Part shown: piece after piece, positions 1 to 13,200 of the stretch | Position numbering within the stretch: position 1 is the stretch's first letter | Layout of the letters: every line of letters begins with the position of its first letter | Assembly: GCF_001194135.2 (NCBI RefSeq) | Contig: NC_068983.1 | Span: 15,394,452-15,458,451 of the forward strand | Source of the DNA: Octopus bimaculoides | Lineage: Eukaryota | Direction of reading: 5' to 3' | Length of the DNA stretch: 64,000 nt | Notes under the pieces: generated by a model | Database searches by the model: none | Told to the model about the DNA's origin: nothing | What the model saw: only the letters and a program-made list of their open reading frames with translations | Made by a program: the position numbers and the translations under genes

Positions 1-128
1 TGTAACTTTGAGATTTTGATGAGGTAACTGTTCAGTTTTAGAATCACACTGGAGGGTAGGTGTAAGAGGCCACATCTAGCCAGTTTGAATATTTGGGCTG
101 GATATGGCCGGTTCAAATGGTAAAGGGC
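1..128 (+). mobile_element. 3' part of a TTAA-type (piggyBac-like) MITE; family also at ~4409-4640, ~20275-20475, ~28370-28575 (-) and ~2520-2570
   Basis: Shared 'gtagctttgagatttt...tagaatgacattgtagggtagg...gaatatttgggc..gatatggc' sequence in several dispersed copies with ttaaccc/gggttaa-like ends. Confidence 0.6.
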
Positions 129-1340
129 TAAATAAATATATAATGAAGTAGAACATTTTCATTATAACATTCTGAAGCATATTGAGCTTGAGAATGTTGT
201 GCTTTTACTGTAAAATGGCAATATAATAACATAAAGTCTACTTTACTTTTTTAATTTAATTTTATTTTATTTCATTTCCTTGGAAAATTTAAAACTTTCT
301 GTGCACAAATTAACTAAGAAAAAATTCCTTTATTTCTTCTGATTAATTTCACTATTATTACTTATATACTATTTTGTACACTACCAAACTATTTATGCTT
401 TTAAACATTTACATATCAACAACATCATTTAATACCCGCCTTCTTGGAGAGGTTGGTGTTAGGCAGGGCATCCAACCATAGAAACCATGACAAATCAGAA
501 TGGAGTCTGGAGCAGACCCTCAGCTTACCAGCCCTGGTCAAACCATCCAACTCATGCCAGTATAGACAACGTATGGTAAATGATGATGATGATGATGATG
601 ATAATGAATATACCCATCATGACTACCCATCTGATAAGGATACACTAGGCACATGCATCACAAGCATGTGTGCGCAACATGGTGATATCATATCAAGATA
701 AACAGCACATGACCTTGCAGGTGGGACCCAATTAGAATTTTCTTCATGTTGAGTAGCCCATCCTGCTCAAAACGTCCCTGAATAAGGTTTAAGGATGATG
801 AACGAAACACTCATGCTTCCGGAGATTAATTATTCAAACCCCAAAGAATTCCTCTCAACACATGGCTATGATGCTCCCCCACTAATTCTGTTCGTGATCA
901 GAGATGAACATATCGTCAGCCACTAAGGGACTCAACTGATTAAGGTCAAACAACTGACAAGCAAATTTGTGGCATTGAGCAAGAATATTTGCAGTAGCCC
1001 ATCTTTTATACCAAAACAAAATATTATTATTATTATTATTACACTGATTAAACTTAAAAGGGTTTGAAATATTTAGCTTGGTTTTAATGAAAGGGATCCT
1101 CTTCCACTGTGATCGTTGCATGTGTAAGGGTCAATATTCAAATTAAGTAACAGCAGGTGACAGAAAAATGTTCCAAGCTGATATTAGATGATAATTAGAG
1201 TTCAAATTAAGAAAAGAAGCAAGTTACGTAAAAAAAAATGGAATTACAGGTTAAGGCTAGCAGCTGATGCTTAATATAGCTATCAAAATGTGATAAAAAT
1301 ATACACCATAGGTTAAAATTTTCCTTACAGTTTCACTTAC

Positions 1341-1459
1341 CTAAAAACCAACATCTTATCACTAACTTTCAAAGATTCTTCAATAAGGTTGAAGAGCAAT
1401 ACCATTTTACCACCATTTTCCAGTAATTCTGGTGTGTAGTCTTTCATTATTTCCGCTAC
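1341..1459 (-). CDS. RAD54L2: RAD54L2 exon ([40 protein letters not shown]), start of ATPase lobe 2
   Basis: aaaag acceptor and GTAAGT donor; 119 nt, phase 0 to 2; SNF2 'GKM..L' and motif IV 'LVFS'. Confidence 0.93.
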
Positions 1460-4228
1460 CTTTTAATGAAATTACAAAAAACAATATTTTATTTTCCACC
1501 TCAGTAAAATGTTTTTGAAAACATTACATATCACTTTTTTAATTAAATCTGAAAAAAAAAATAAAGATAGGAAGAAAAACATTAATGACAAGGATAATTT
1601 ATTAAGATCAACAGAAGGCCATTAATATACTCTAGCTGCCTGTGTCTCTTCCATCACAAATATAACGATTTCAGATACTCTGAACTAGCTAGCTGTGTAC
1701 CAATACTGCATAAATCAACTTTGTAGGCTTATTTTACCTCATCCACTAAACCTGTTGTATCCGCCATCTCCAATATGTCATGGAACCACCACGATATTGT
1801 GACAGATGGTTTAGATAGTGTACCAGTGTAGTAACAGTAAACAAGATAACGATGCAGCCATAATAACAATGTTAACAATCCAACAATCTCTTCACGAACC
1901 AACAAAATAACAATAAAGTCATCAAAGGCTCAGAGTTTAGAGCACATTAATTCTGATAAAGCAACCATTTAACATCCATGATTGTTTGTGTCTGTCTCTA
2001 TCTATCTATCTATCATCTCATTATCATTATTTAATGGCTGTTTTCCATGCTGGTGTGGGTTGGATGGTTTGACAGGAACCATTGAGCCAGAGAATAGTGA
2101 CAAGCCCCAATATCTGTGTGCATGCGTGCTTGTGTGTGTGTTAGCATCTTTTAGATGATATCTATCTCTTAGATCCTATTTAGTAATATCTGAGAGTTTC
2201 TTCACAGAAATGATTGAGTATAATTTGATTCTGATACAGTTGCATGTCTCACAAAATTTATCTACATTCATTTCAGCACATACCCTTGTCTTCATTATAT
2301 TAGCACAAACTGATGCCATGTCTCTTAAATAAAATAAACAATGTAAAGTAAACAGGACTAGTCCAAGCTATAAGGATAAATGATCAGATTTATGAAACAA
2401 CAATAATAGGCCAAATATATATCTAATGATAAACAGAGTCTAAACCTGTAAAAGATATAATGTTTCCCAAAATCTGTTTAAAACAGTGACAGAATATGTC
2501 AGTTAATATCTGTTATTACTTTAACCCTTTAGCTTGCAGATTACTCTGTTAAATGTATTGCTTATTCATTTACTGTAGAAACCCGTGTAATTTGTGCACC
2601 TGTGTGATTTTCAGGACAAAATTTGTTTTAAAAAATCTTTTACTCATGTAAAATTCGCACCCAAAAGTTTTCAGAATTGCTGATTATAGCCAGGAAAAAA
2701 AAAAAGGTTTTCAATTTAGTTGTATTTAGCATAATTTCACTTACTTATGATTAGATTTTATTAAATTTTCAATAACTAATAATAATTTTGTTTAACAGGT
2801 ATCACATTGAAAGCTATTAAATTACAAAATGTTTGTGTTGTTTATAATAAACTTTATATTACATTTCTTGCCCACAAGAGATTATGTCCGATCTTTAGCA
2901 TACTGCTGTGTGTCTTCTCAAATCATGATCATAGGAAAAGTTGTTAATAAGAAATACTAACAAAAACAAAGCTGATAAATATGCACAGGTGTTGCAAATT
3001 AAGTTTAATTACCAATAAACATCAGCTTGGATGACACTTTACTCAACCGACAGAGGAAGGTGACTGACCAAATTGATTATGTAAACAGAATTCTTTTAAG
3101 CCTATTCTTGTCAGAACCTTTGATACTGACTATCGAAATTTTAATCCCTTTCACACTTATAAAATGTTAAGCAAACTTTAAAATTTGTCATTACCATTAT
3201 TATTGTATGGGCAGAACTTATGAATTTTTTACTGTGAAGAAGAAATTAAATATGTTGAATATGCATTTGAACGTGACAATAGAGCTGCCAGAAGGTATTT
3301 TAATGTTAATGAAGCCAATGTTCGAAACTGGCATAAACAGTACGACAAACTTAAATCTGTGCCTAGTAATAAACAGACAAAAATAAAAACATACAATCAA
3401 GATTATCCAGATCATTACATTTTTTTCAGTCAGGAATATTCCTATCACTATGTATATAAATGGTGCTCCATTGCGATAGGTAGAAACTCCAAGCAATGTA
3501 AAATATGGCTCGGAGAGCTAAAAACTTAAAACAGTTAAATATCTAAATGTCTGTTAATAAGCTTATAAATCTTCAAGAGTGAGAAAAGAAATTATATACC
3601 ACTATGGAATCAAATTTTGACAACTGATAGACAACCATATTGTAAACTGAGAAAATTCAAGGACAGAATCTATCATTTTTCTTCAGTCATTATCTTCATT
3701 TCTTCACTCATTCCCCATCTATAACTATCTCTGAATCCCACACACCATGGCAACCTCTACCAACTAACACTCCCTATTCTATTCCCTCGCTCACTCCTAC
3801 TCATCCCTTACATTGAGGGTCCACCTTAACAACTCATCACCACTATTTTTATCTCCTTCCTGCTCCACCCCAGTCACTCTTACTTTCTCTTCTGTATTGT
3901 CAGCAGGCATACAGCTCCCTCTACAACAAGAGACCAGTTCCTCTCTTACTTCAACCCCTCAGTTCCTAGCAGAAAACAATCTCACTCACTACAGCAGCTC
4001 CACTCAGTTGAAAGGGTACTTATTCTTGCAAACTGCTTGACAACCACACAAGTGCTGGTGCCATGAAGAAACCCACCCAGTACATGCTATAAAATGGTCG
4101 GTGTTGGGAAGAGCATCCAGTTATAGAAGCAATGCCCAAAGCAGACACTGAAGCATGGCACAGTCCTCACACCAACCGGATCCTGTCAAATCATTCAGTC
4201 TATGCTAGCATGGAACATAGACATTAAG

Positions 4229-4264
<36 letters not shown>

Positions 4265-7200
4265 CAGTATATATAACATTTGTTGATAATCCTATTGAAA
4301 GCCCATTGCTGATGTCAACTCAATATGGCTGCTTTCACTAAAAGAGAAATGTAAATGTAAGTAACCCAAAAATGTACCAGCAATGGTGATCTAGAAGTTA
4401 AGAGCATTATCACTCTAACCATTTAGTATTCGGATTATTCTGTTAAATGTAATGTCTATTTATTCACACTGTTTTGAATTAATCATGTACTGCCTTGTAG
4501 CTTTGAGACTTTAATGTTGTGAATGTTTATTTTTAGAATGACATTGTAGAGTAGGTGTGAGAAGCTGGATCTGGCTGGTTTAAACACAAAAATAGAATAT
4601 TTGGACCAGATACAGCTGGTTTGAATACTAAAGTGTTGAGAAATAGACTCCTGGCTCAAATTAAATCTGAATTCGGTACCCATCTAATAACAAGACATTC
4701 GGTAAATATCAAAATCAATTTAAAACAATGTAAGTCAAAATATCAAAACATGCTGCATGAGGTTAATTCTTTTAGAAAACACATTAAGAAAAATGCCAAG
4801 TTAAATTTGGGGTTTAGCCGAAACAATATCTTACTCGAGTCACATTTTGTAATAGCGTTCTACTTTAAACACTGCTAATTTGGGTGTATTTGTGTCCTAA
4901 TGCTGTAAGAAAGGTGATTTATAGAGTTAAGAATTGCTCTAAGAATTGAATGGTTTACTGTGACTAGCTGTTTCGTCCAGGGTAAGAAACCAGAGACTCA
5001 TCTAGAGATTCCCAGTTCAGGAAAATATTTTCTTTTCAAGGTTTCAGTCATTGAACTGTAGTCATGGTTCCACACCACTTTTAGGGTATAGCTGATTACA
5101 TCAACCCCAGTACTTCATTTTTCAACACTGGAGCATGAAAGTCAAAGTGAATTGAGGTAGAATCTGAACTCAGAATATAAATGGACATAAACAAATAATA
5201 CCACAAGGTATTTTGTCAGATGCTCTACTGATTATATTAGTTATTTTGCTATTTGGTACACTGGAACTGAAAGAAGCCCATCGTATGTGTGTGTGTGTGT
5301 GTGTGTGTGTGTCCCAACATCGCTTGACAACCGATGCTGGTGTGTTTACGTCCCCGTAACTTAGCAATTTGGCAAAAGAGACCATTAAAATAAGTACTAG
5401 GCTTACAAAGAATAAGTCCTGGGGTCGATTTGCTCAACTAAAGGTGGTGCTCAAAATGACTGAAACAAGTAAAAGAGTAAAAAGTATATATTTAGCATCA
5501 ACCACATGTTAGTCAAAGACCATCCCAAGATCCAGGATTTCTTTTACTTTCCTTTCTCTCTGTCTTCCCCCCCTCCTCCCTTCCTTCCTCTTTTCTCCTC
5601 ATCTAAACAAAACGAAACGATATTCTCTTTTTGATTTGTATATAAGACTGAAGAAATTTTCTGTGCATCATATCTGAAGAGTTCCACTGAACAGATGAAA
5701 GCGCTAATAAAGAATTATCCAAAATTCTGACTGCCTCCTTCTTCTTAAAACACAATATCTGTACACCACTTCAAACACTCTATACATACATACATATATT
5801 TATATACTTACCCAGTCTAAAGAAAGGACATTGCTGTCTAACTTTTTCTCTGTTGTTGAAATTGTAGTAGGTACATTTCCTTGTGTTCCACTTTGGCTGC
5901 AGACATGAGCACCGGCAGTTGAGTTACTGCCACCATACATATTCGTGCTCTGCATATTCATGTTCTGGGAAACTTTGTTGCACATATTTACATTTTTACA
6001 ATCTTTAGCAGTTGTGTTTAACTGGGTGTTGTTACTACAACTATTCAAACCAGTATTGGGAGTGATGTGACCACTGATATCTCTGTTGTAGTCATCCTTT
6101 GATTCCTGATTGTTCTGATTTGTATTGCTCAGTAGCATGTTACCGATACCAAGAGAGTTGTTACTGTTCAAATGACTCTGCTTATCACTGTTCATTTGAC
6201 AAGGATTTATATTCATATTATTCATTTGGCAAGTAACATTACTTTTTATGTCTGTTATTTGTTCACAGCTATCGATATTTATATTTTTCATGGTATCATT
6301 TGTCAAGGAACAACTAGCATTGATATCAGGACCCAAATGGCTCATGTAGTTCATACTACTACCACCTAAGTGATTATTCGTATTTGCTGCACAAGACTTC
6401 AAGCTGGAAAGGCCCATGTTATGATTGCTATTTGTGGCATCATAGCAATGAGACTGATTGCCAAAATTCAAACCACTAGGAGGGCAAGAATTTAAATTGC
6501 TAGAGTCACCAATGGCACAATTGGAATTTATTACATCTCTACTAACCATGTTCATACTACTATTGCCACTCATATGGCTTCCAGAATTCAAACCATAGTT
6601 TAAATTCATTTGGTCATTAGCATTCATAACATTGCTAACATCATTATGTCTACTTGTATTCAAACAACCATGAGCATCACTATTTGAATGTGTATTCAAA
6701 TAACCTAAAGACCCAATATGATTTTCACTGTTCATACTTCCACTGTCCATTAGATGCCTTGTATTAGTTTGATCACAACTTGCATTCATACCAATATGAC
6801 TACCAGGAATCATATGGTCGTTATTAATGCAATTATTCTGACTGGACTCATTTCTAGTCATGCATTCTCCTGGCTCCAGGTTTCTTACCATATCTCCTCG
6901 AGGTTCATTATTCATATGACAACCTTGGTTAATGGTACTCATACCACTGTTAGAATCCTTATGGCAAGTTGAATTTAAGTAGGAAGCACTCAACTGGTTA
7001 TTATTGTCCTTCATATTGCTCATCTTCGAACTCATAAAACTCATGTTCTGTTCAAGGCTGTTATCATTACAAGTATTATTACCACTAGGTGTATTATTCA
7101 TTCCAGGACTGTTACATGATTGCATTCCAGAATTACAGCAAAGCCCTAGATCCTGGCCTAAACTGTAATTACAACAACTGTTGTCCCTTGATCCACTACA

Positions 7201-10200
7201 ACTATTCATTCCCATTCCTTTTGGTTGAAAACCAAGGTTCAAATTGTCACTTGTATTTGATCTATTGTTGCTGCAACATTTATGAGCATTATTTTTCATA
7301 TTAATAGGTTCAGGAAGTATTTTTTTCTTTGTATTTGCATTCATACGAGTAGAGTTGCCAATAGTTTTGTTTTTCTTTTTACCACCTGACTGAACACCAT
7401 TAACTTTTCCATCAGGTTCAAAATCCAAGTCATTGTCTTCAAGAAGAGTTTTCTGATGTTGTATAATTTTCCACATAACATCTGGATGGTTCCAAATCTG
7501 AATTTGACAATAGATATTAATACTTTTTTTGAAAGACTATATTGAAATCAGATTTTAAATATTCAATAATTAATTCAGATGCAATATTTTAAATTTAGCA
7601 AAAGAAAAAAATGAAAATTGTTTTTAAATGTACATATAATTCTGTAACAAATTAATGTAAGATATTTCAAGTTTTTTCATAATTTAGTAATGATAATCCA
7701 GGAGGAGTTTCTTGTAACTTATAAAATGCAAAAGCAAACATTTTTCACTTGCCAGACAAATGCAAGTCATAAAATAAATATTTTTTTACAGAAAATTAAT
7801 TACCTTACAACATGTAGAGAAAGCTTTCAAGGGATTGTAGCTTGCCCACATTCCCATTTCACAATCTGAAATGCAGTCCATAAATTTCTTGTAAAGTTGT
7901 CTTTGGATATTTGACATTCGGATAGTAAAGACATGTTCTTGTTTCGGGGGCAAACTAAACTGAAGGACTGAATGGCCTCTCCTGTTAGAATGAAAAGAAT
8001 GTGAAGTAAATTAATTTACAAAAACAAAATTTTTTTTTTCTATTAAGAAAGTAGATTTGATAATCATTTTTTAAAGATGCTTATCCATGTATTAAATATT
8101 TATGTTGCACATACAGCACTTAGATATGATGCTTCATATTTTGTCAATGACTCAATTTGGGTAATAGAATTAATCCTCTACACAGTTTAACCTCACATTA
8201 AAAAAAGTCCACTGCAATTACAATTTGGATCCAGTCTCTAGGTAGCTCAGATAACTCACTGTATCACATACACAAGACCCTACCATAGCTATAACATTCA
8301 CTTTTATTTACCAAGCAAGTAGCATGGAAACAAAACTCAAACAACTCAAGTGTCCTATTAAAATTATCCTAATCTCAGGCTTCCTCACCAAACATTAAAA
8401 AAATATGAACACAGAATATTTTATGGGTTCCTATCAAAGAGTTATGCTACTTTGAGATTTCATCATCATTTTGCACCTGTTTTCCATGCTGGCATTGGTT
8501 ACACAGTTTGACTGGAACTGGTCAGCCAGAGAGCTGTGCCAGGCTCAAGTCTAGTTTGGCGTGGTTTCTACAGTTGGAAGCCCTTCCTAATGTCAACCAC
8601 GCTACATGTCACCAGCACGGGTACCTTTTATGCGTCACCAACACTGACCACAACTACAATTTCACTTGGCTTGACGTGTCTTCTCAAGCACAACAAATTG
8701 CCAAAGGTTTCGATCACTTGTCATTGCCTCCCTCTTTTCCTTTTATTTTGGCTAATAAATTCTCCTAAATTCTTGTTTACTTTTATATTTTAAGAACATG
8801 TTAACAACTATTATGCTATAATAGTGTTAATGAAAAATATATCACTAACATTCTAATAGAAATGTTTAATTACTTAAGCAGAGCCTATTTGGCAGTTATA
8901 AAAAAATTATCAGCTAAGTAAAAATAGGAATTAAAAATAAAATGTGATATCTAAAAATAACAAAAAGAAAAAAGAAAATTAATTTAGAACTTGTAGTTTA
9001 GTAAAAGCATAGTCATATAGCTTAGGATACCAGTACTTGACTGGTAATTATTTTATTATTTCTGAGAGGACAGAAAGCCATTTAACAATTTAGAAATTTA
9101 AGATAAAATATAACAAAACTAAATCAGGAAGTAAAAATTACAAAATGAAATATTAACATTAAACAACATCTAAATCGTTTTGACATGTGCAGATAGAGAG
9201 ATAGAAGTGTGGTGGCGAGCATAAAGCACTCATATCTGCAATTATATATCTGTCAGTTTATTGTTTGATGTCAATGTCATAACTTGCCCATTTTGCTACA
9301 TTGCACATTTGTACATGTCATAACAGTTTTTAGTTCATCGTTTGGTTTGTTAAGAGCCAAAATACTGAATTTTTTTGTTTTTTCTATATTCAATACTATT
9401 AAGTGAAATTCATAACTTTGTGATAATCAAAAGTATTATTTGCAAAATTTCGTAATCATTTTTCCAGGTTAGTAAGAATATTACATAACAATAAAGCAAT
9501 ACTTTTTTACAGATGCATGTTCATTCTATTGCTAATTATTCATTTACAAAGTAGAACATAAATGAGACATGCTAACAGTTAAATCAAATAAGGCCAGAAA
9601 ATAATGTAATAATGTGCAATGCACAGACCATAATAAATTCACGAAAAAATTTTTTTTGAAAACTTTTCCCAAAAATATAGCCAATTTTTATAGGAGACTA
9701 GTATATGGGACAACTGAAGTGACCCCCAACAAAAACTACTAGACTTGTTTCATTAACCCTAAATGTTAAAAAGCAAAGGTGGAGCTTAGTAGTATTTAAA
9801 AGAGCAAAAGTAGGATGAAACTGTTAAGCATACTTCCATTTGTCTTATTTACTTTCCTTAAATATTATTTCTAACTTAGGCACAAGGTCACAAATTCAAG
9901 AGAGAAATGTAGTCTATTAAAACCAGTACTTGGCCAGTGCTTATCAACTTCAAAAGGATAAAAGACAAAGTCAAACCCAGTTGGATTTTAACCCATTTGA
10001 TTCCAACTTGTTATCAAAAGTTCTGAACCAAAATCTTCCACCAAACCTTAGTCACAATTTATGTTCCTAACACTAGCTTAATGATAACTAAGTTATTTTA
10101 CTAAATTCTTTGTTATATTTAAAATTAATTGAAAGAAACACAGAGTATCTCAACAGAAAGATGGTAAAAAAAGGGTTAATTCTAAACATTAAAAATGTTA

Positions 10201-13200
10201 TATTTGGTAATCTATCAACTCTGTCATCCACTTGGTTTATTAAAAAGAAAAAATTAAAAATATTTCTTACCTCTGAATAAATCCTTGCAACAAACTGTGA
10301 AGAACATGGGCTCTGTACCTCATTAAAGTGACATCCTCACGTGTACTGTCAACACATTGACCATTCATGATGGGTCGTTCAAACATGTTACAAAATTCTG
10401 CTTTTGTACCTAGATAGTTAGGTCTTACAAAGTCAACCATGCACCAATACTCCAATAAATTATTCTGCAGCGGGTAACCAGTTAGTACAATTCTTCTCCT
10501 TGAAAAAAAAAATTGTTTTAAAAATAAACATTAGTTAAAAGATCTAATTTTTAAGATTAAATTAACAAACACAAAAATGATTTTCCTTTACTGACAAAAC
10601 AATGTGGTTTTTCTCTCCAAAATAGTTTAGGCAGAAAGCCTTCTATAACTAGTAATAAAGCAGGGAATGTATACTGTGAATTCTACATTACAAAAGATTC
10701 TGTTAATAAAATGTACAGTGAGAATTTGAGAGAATTGAAATGCTTGAAGAAAATAATTAACTGTATATATGATGGGTGAAAACAGAATTCATGACATTTA
10801 ACGAATTGGAAAAGTAATAAACTGAAGACTTCATTTAATCATTGCTATATAATGCAGACCAATGCATCCCCACTAAAACCTTACTTAACTTGCTTAGGAA
10901 TAAAATGTGCCTGAGCAATTAATTGTATAAAGTTCAAGATAATTCAGATTAAGAAAACAGCCTTAATTGAGAGATTGGAGATGAGAGAGGAACTAGGTAG
11001 AAAAAAAAAAAATTTCTTTTTTTAATCAGGCAATATAAATGAAAAAGTTTCATAAGATAGGATTCAATGGTGCACAAAGTAAATGTAAGCTAAGGATGAC
11101 ATAAAGTAAGGCCAATACTAATTCTTATAAATTGGAGACAAGAGATACCAAATAAAACTAGCTCAACTCACGCTAACTTGAAAAAGAAATTGATACTATC
11201 AAAATAATAATGAGAAAAATATAACAAAATAACCCTTATCAGTTCCAATAATTGAACAGTTTTACCGACGACAATCATCAACATTGCACAATGTTAAATA
11301 TTTCATCAACAGAAATTAACAAAAAACTTATGGAAATGAAATTCATATTTGAAAAATTTTACATTAAATAAAACTCACTTTGTTTTAATGTTCTTCAATG
11401 ATTGAGCCACTCCAGACAAACTGTTCTTTATGCGATGGCCTTCATCACAAACAATCAAATCTGGTCCAGGATTCACAAGTGCTTTTTGAATGCCTAGAAC
11501 ATATAATTTAAAGTGTAAACCATTTAAATATCATTTTGTTATAATTACAAGAGAACTTCCAAAAAATAGCTTCATATCATATAGTGGCCTCTTAACACAA
11601 TTTCCTGAACACTTCACAAATTTTTTTGTTCTATTTAAATTCCTATTTAATTCTGTACTTTTGTCTCTTTGCAATTCATGTCTCAAAAATTTTTGTCCCT
11701 CTGCAACTTATGTCTCAAATCTTCATACTGACTAGAACGACCATATCAAATTAGTACTTTGCACTGAAAAATTTACCAAAATATGACTTCAAACAAAAAC
11801 CCAACAACATTCTTTAGATTGTACATTTCTCAAAATGCCATATATGGTTGTTTTTTATTATCTGCCTGATGAGACAACAAATAAATAAATTCATTTTTTT
11901 ATCTAAGAACTAAATTTATTTAAAATGCTTAGAAAGTTTACATTAGTAAAATAGCAAAAGAAAAAGGAATGAATTTCTGCCTTTTAATGTTTGAATAGCT
12001 ACTTAACAAAACTTAGTTATCGGCCAACTAAAAATTGTGCAGTACTGTCAGAAATATATACAAGAAGTAATTAAAATCCTTTGTTGTTGTCGAGTTGTTA
12101 GTAAGAGGAAAAGCACCTAACTTTAGAAACCATGCTAAAAAAGGAACACAATGGGAGCATGAACTCCATGTGTTATGTCACATGATATATCTAGGAAGGC
12201 TGATATTAGGTACAGAGTTGTCTGATTATCTTTGATGCTGTCGGTGCCAGATGATGAGGCCTACAATGAGTGAGATGCTATGAGATTATTCTGATCCATG
12301 TCAGAATGGAAAAATGGATGTAAAAATGGTGGTATATGTACAGTCACACTAATACTATCATATAAGTATTGTATTGCTAATTGATATTTATTAATTATTA
12401 TTACATCTTTTGACATTCCTGCTTTTCAGGATACAAAATAGTTTTCCATCTATTTAAATAAATGGCAAACAGAACTAAATTTATGTGCAAAATATCAAAT
12501 TTAAATCTTACCTAAATGTAATTTTTTATTCATATCTTCTTCCTCAATATCTATAACAATCGGTTCATTATTCTTCTTTTTCCTTCGAGAAGGGGGAGGA
12601 CCAAAAGTGCACTTTTTTGTTACCAACAATCTGTACATTTCATATCCCATCAAAAGTACTCCACCTACACGACTCCATTCATCTTGGAAAAAAAGAAGAT
12701 GAAATTAATGAAAATTTGCATTAAAATCATATAATATTCAAACATTATAAATGTAAAGTTGATCTGTAATTAACAAGAAAAATGTTTTTGATTTTTTAAA
12801 AAGTTTTTGAGACACCAGTAATTTCAACTGGATGTTAAACTTGATTAAATTCAATATATGTAAACTTCGCCTTACTGGCACTTGTGCCGGTGGCATGTGA
12901 ACAAAACATTGGACTGACTCCTGTGCAGGTAGCACGTAAAAAACACCATTTGAGCTTGGCCGTTGCCAGTACCGCCGAACTGGCCCTCGTGCCGGTGGCA
13001 CATAAAAAGCACTCACTACACTCTCCGAGTGGTTGGCGTTAGGAATGGGCATCCAGCTGTAGAAACTCTGCCAGATCAGATTGGAGTTTGGTTTAGCCAT
13101 CTGGTTCGCCAGTCCCCAGTCAAATCATCCAACCCATGCTAGCATGGAAAGCGGACGTTAAATGATGATGATGATGATAGGAATAATGAAGTGACTAAAC

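Noticed and set aside
1720-1930. Stop-free minus-strand frame containing ...WWFHDIL..., a candidate next exon
   Set aside because: No SNF2 similarity; the real next exon is 1341-1459, with the correct phase and motifs.
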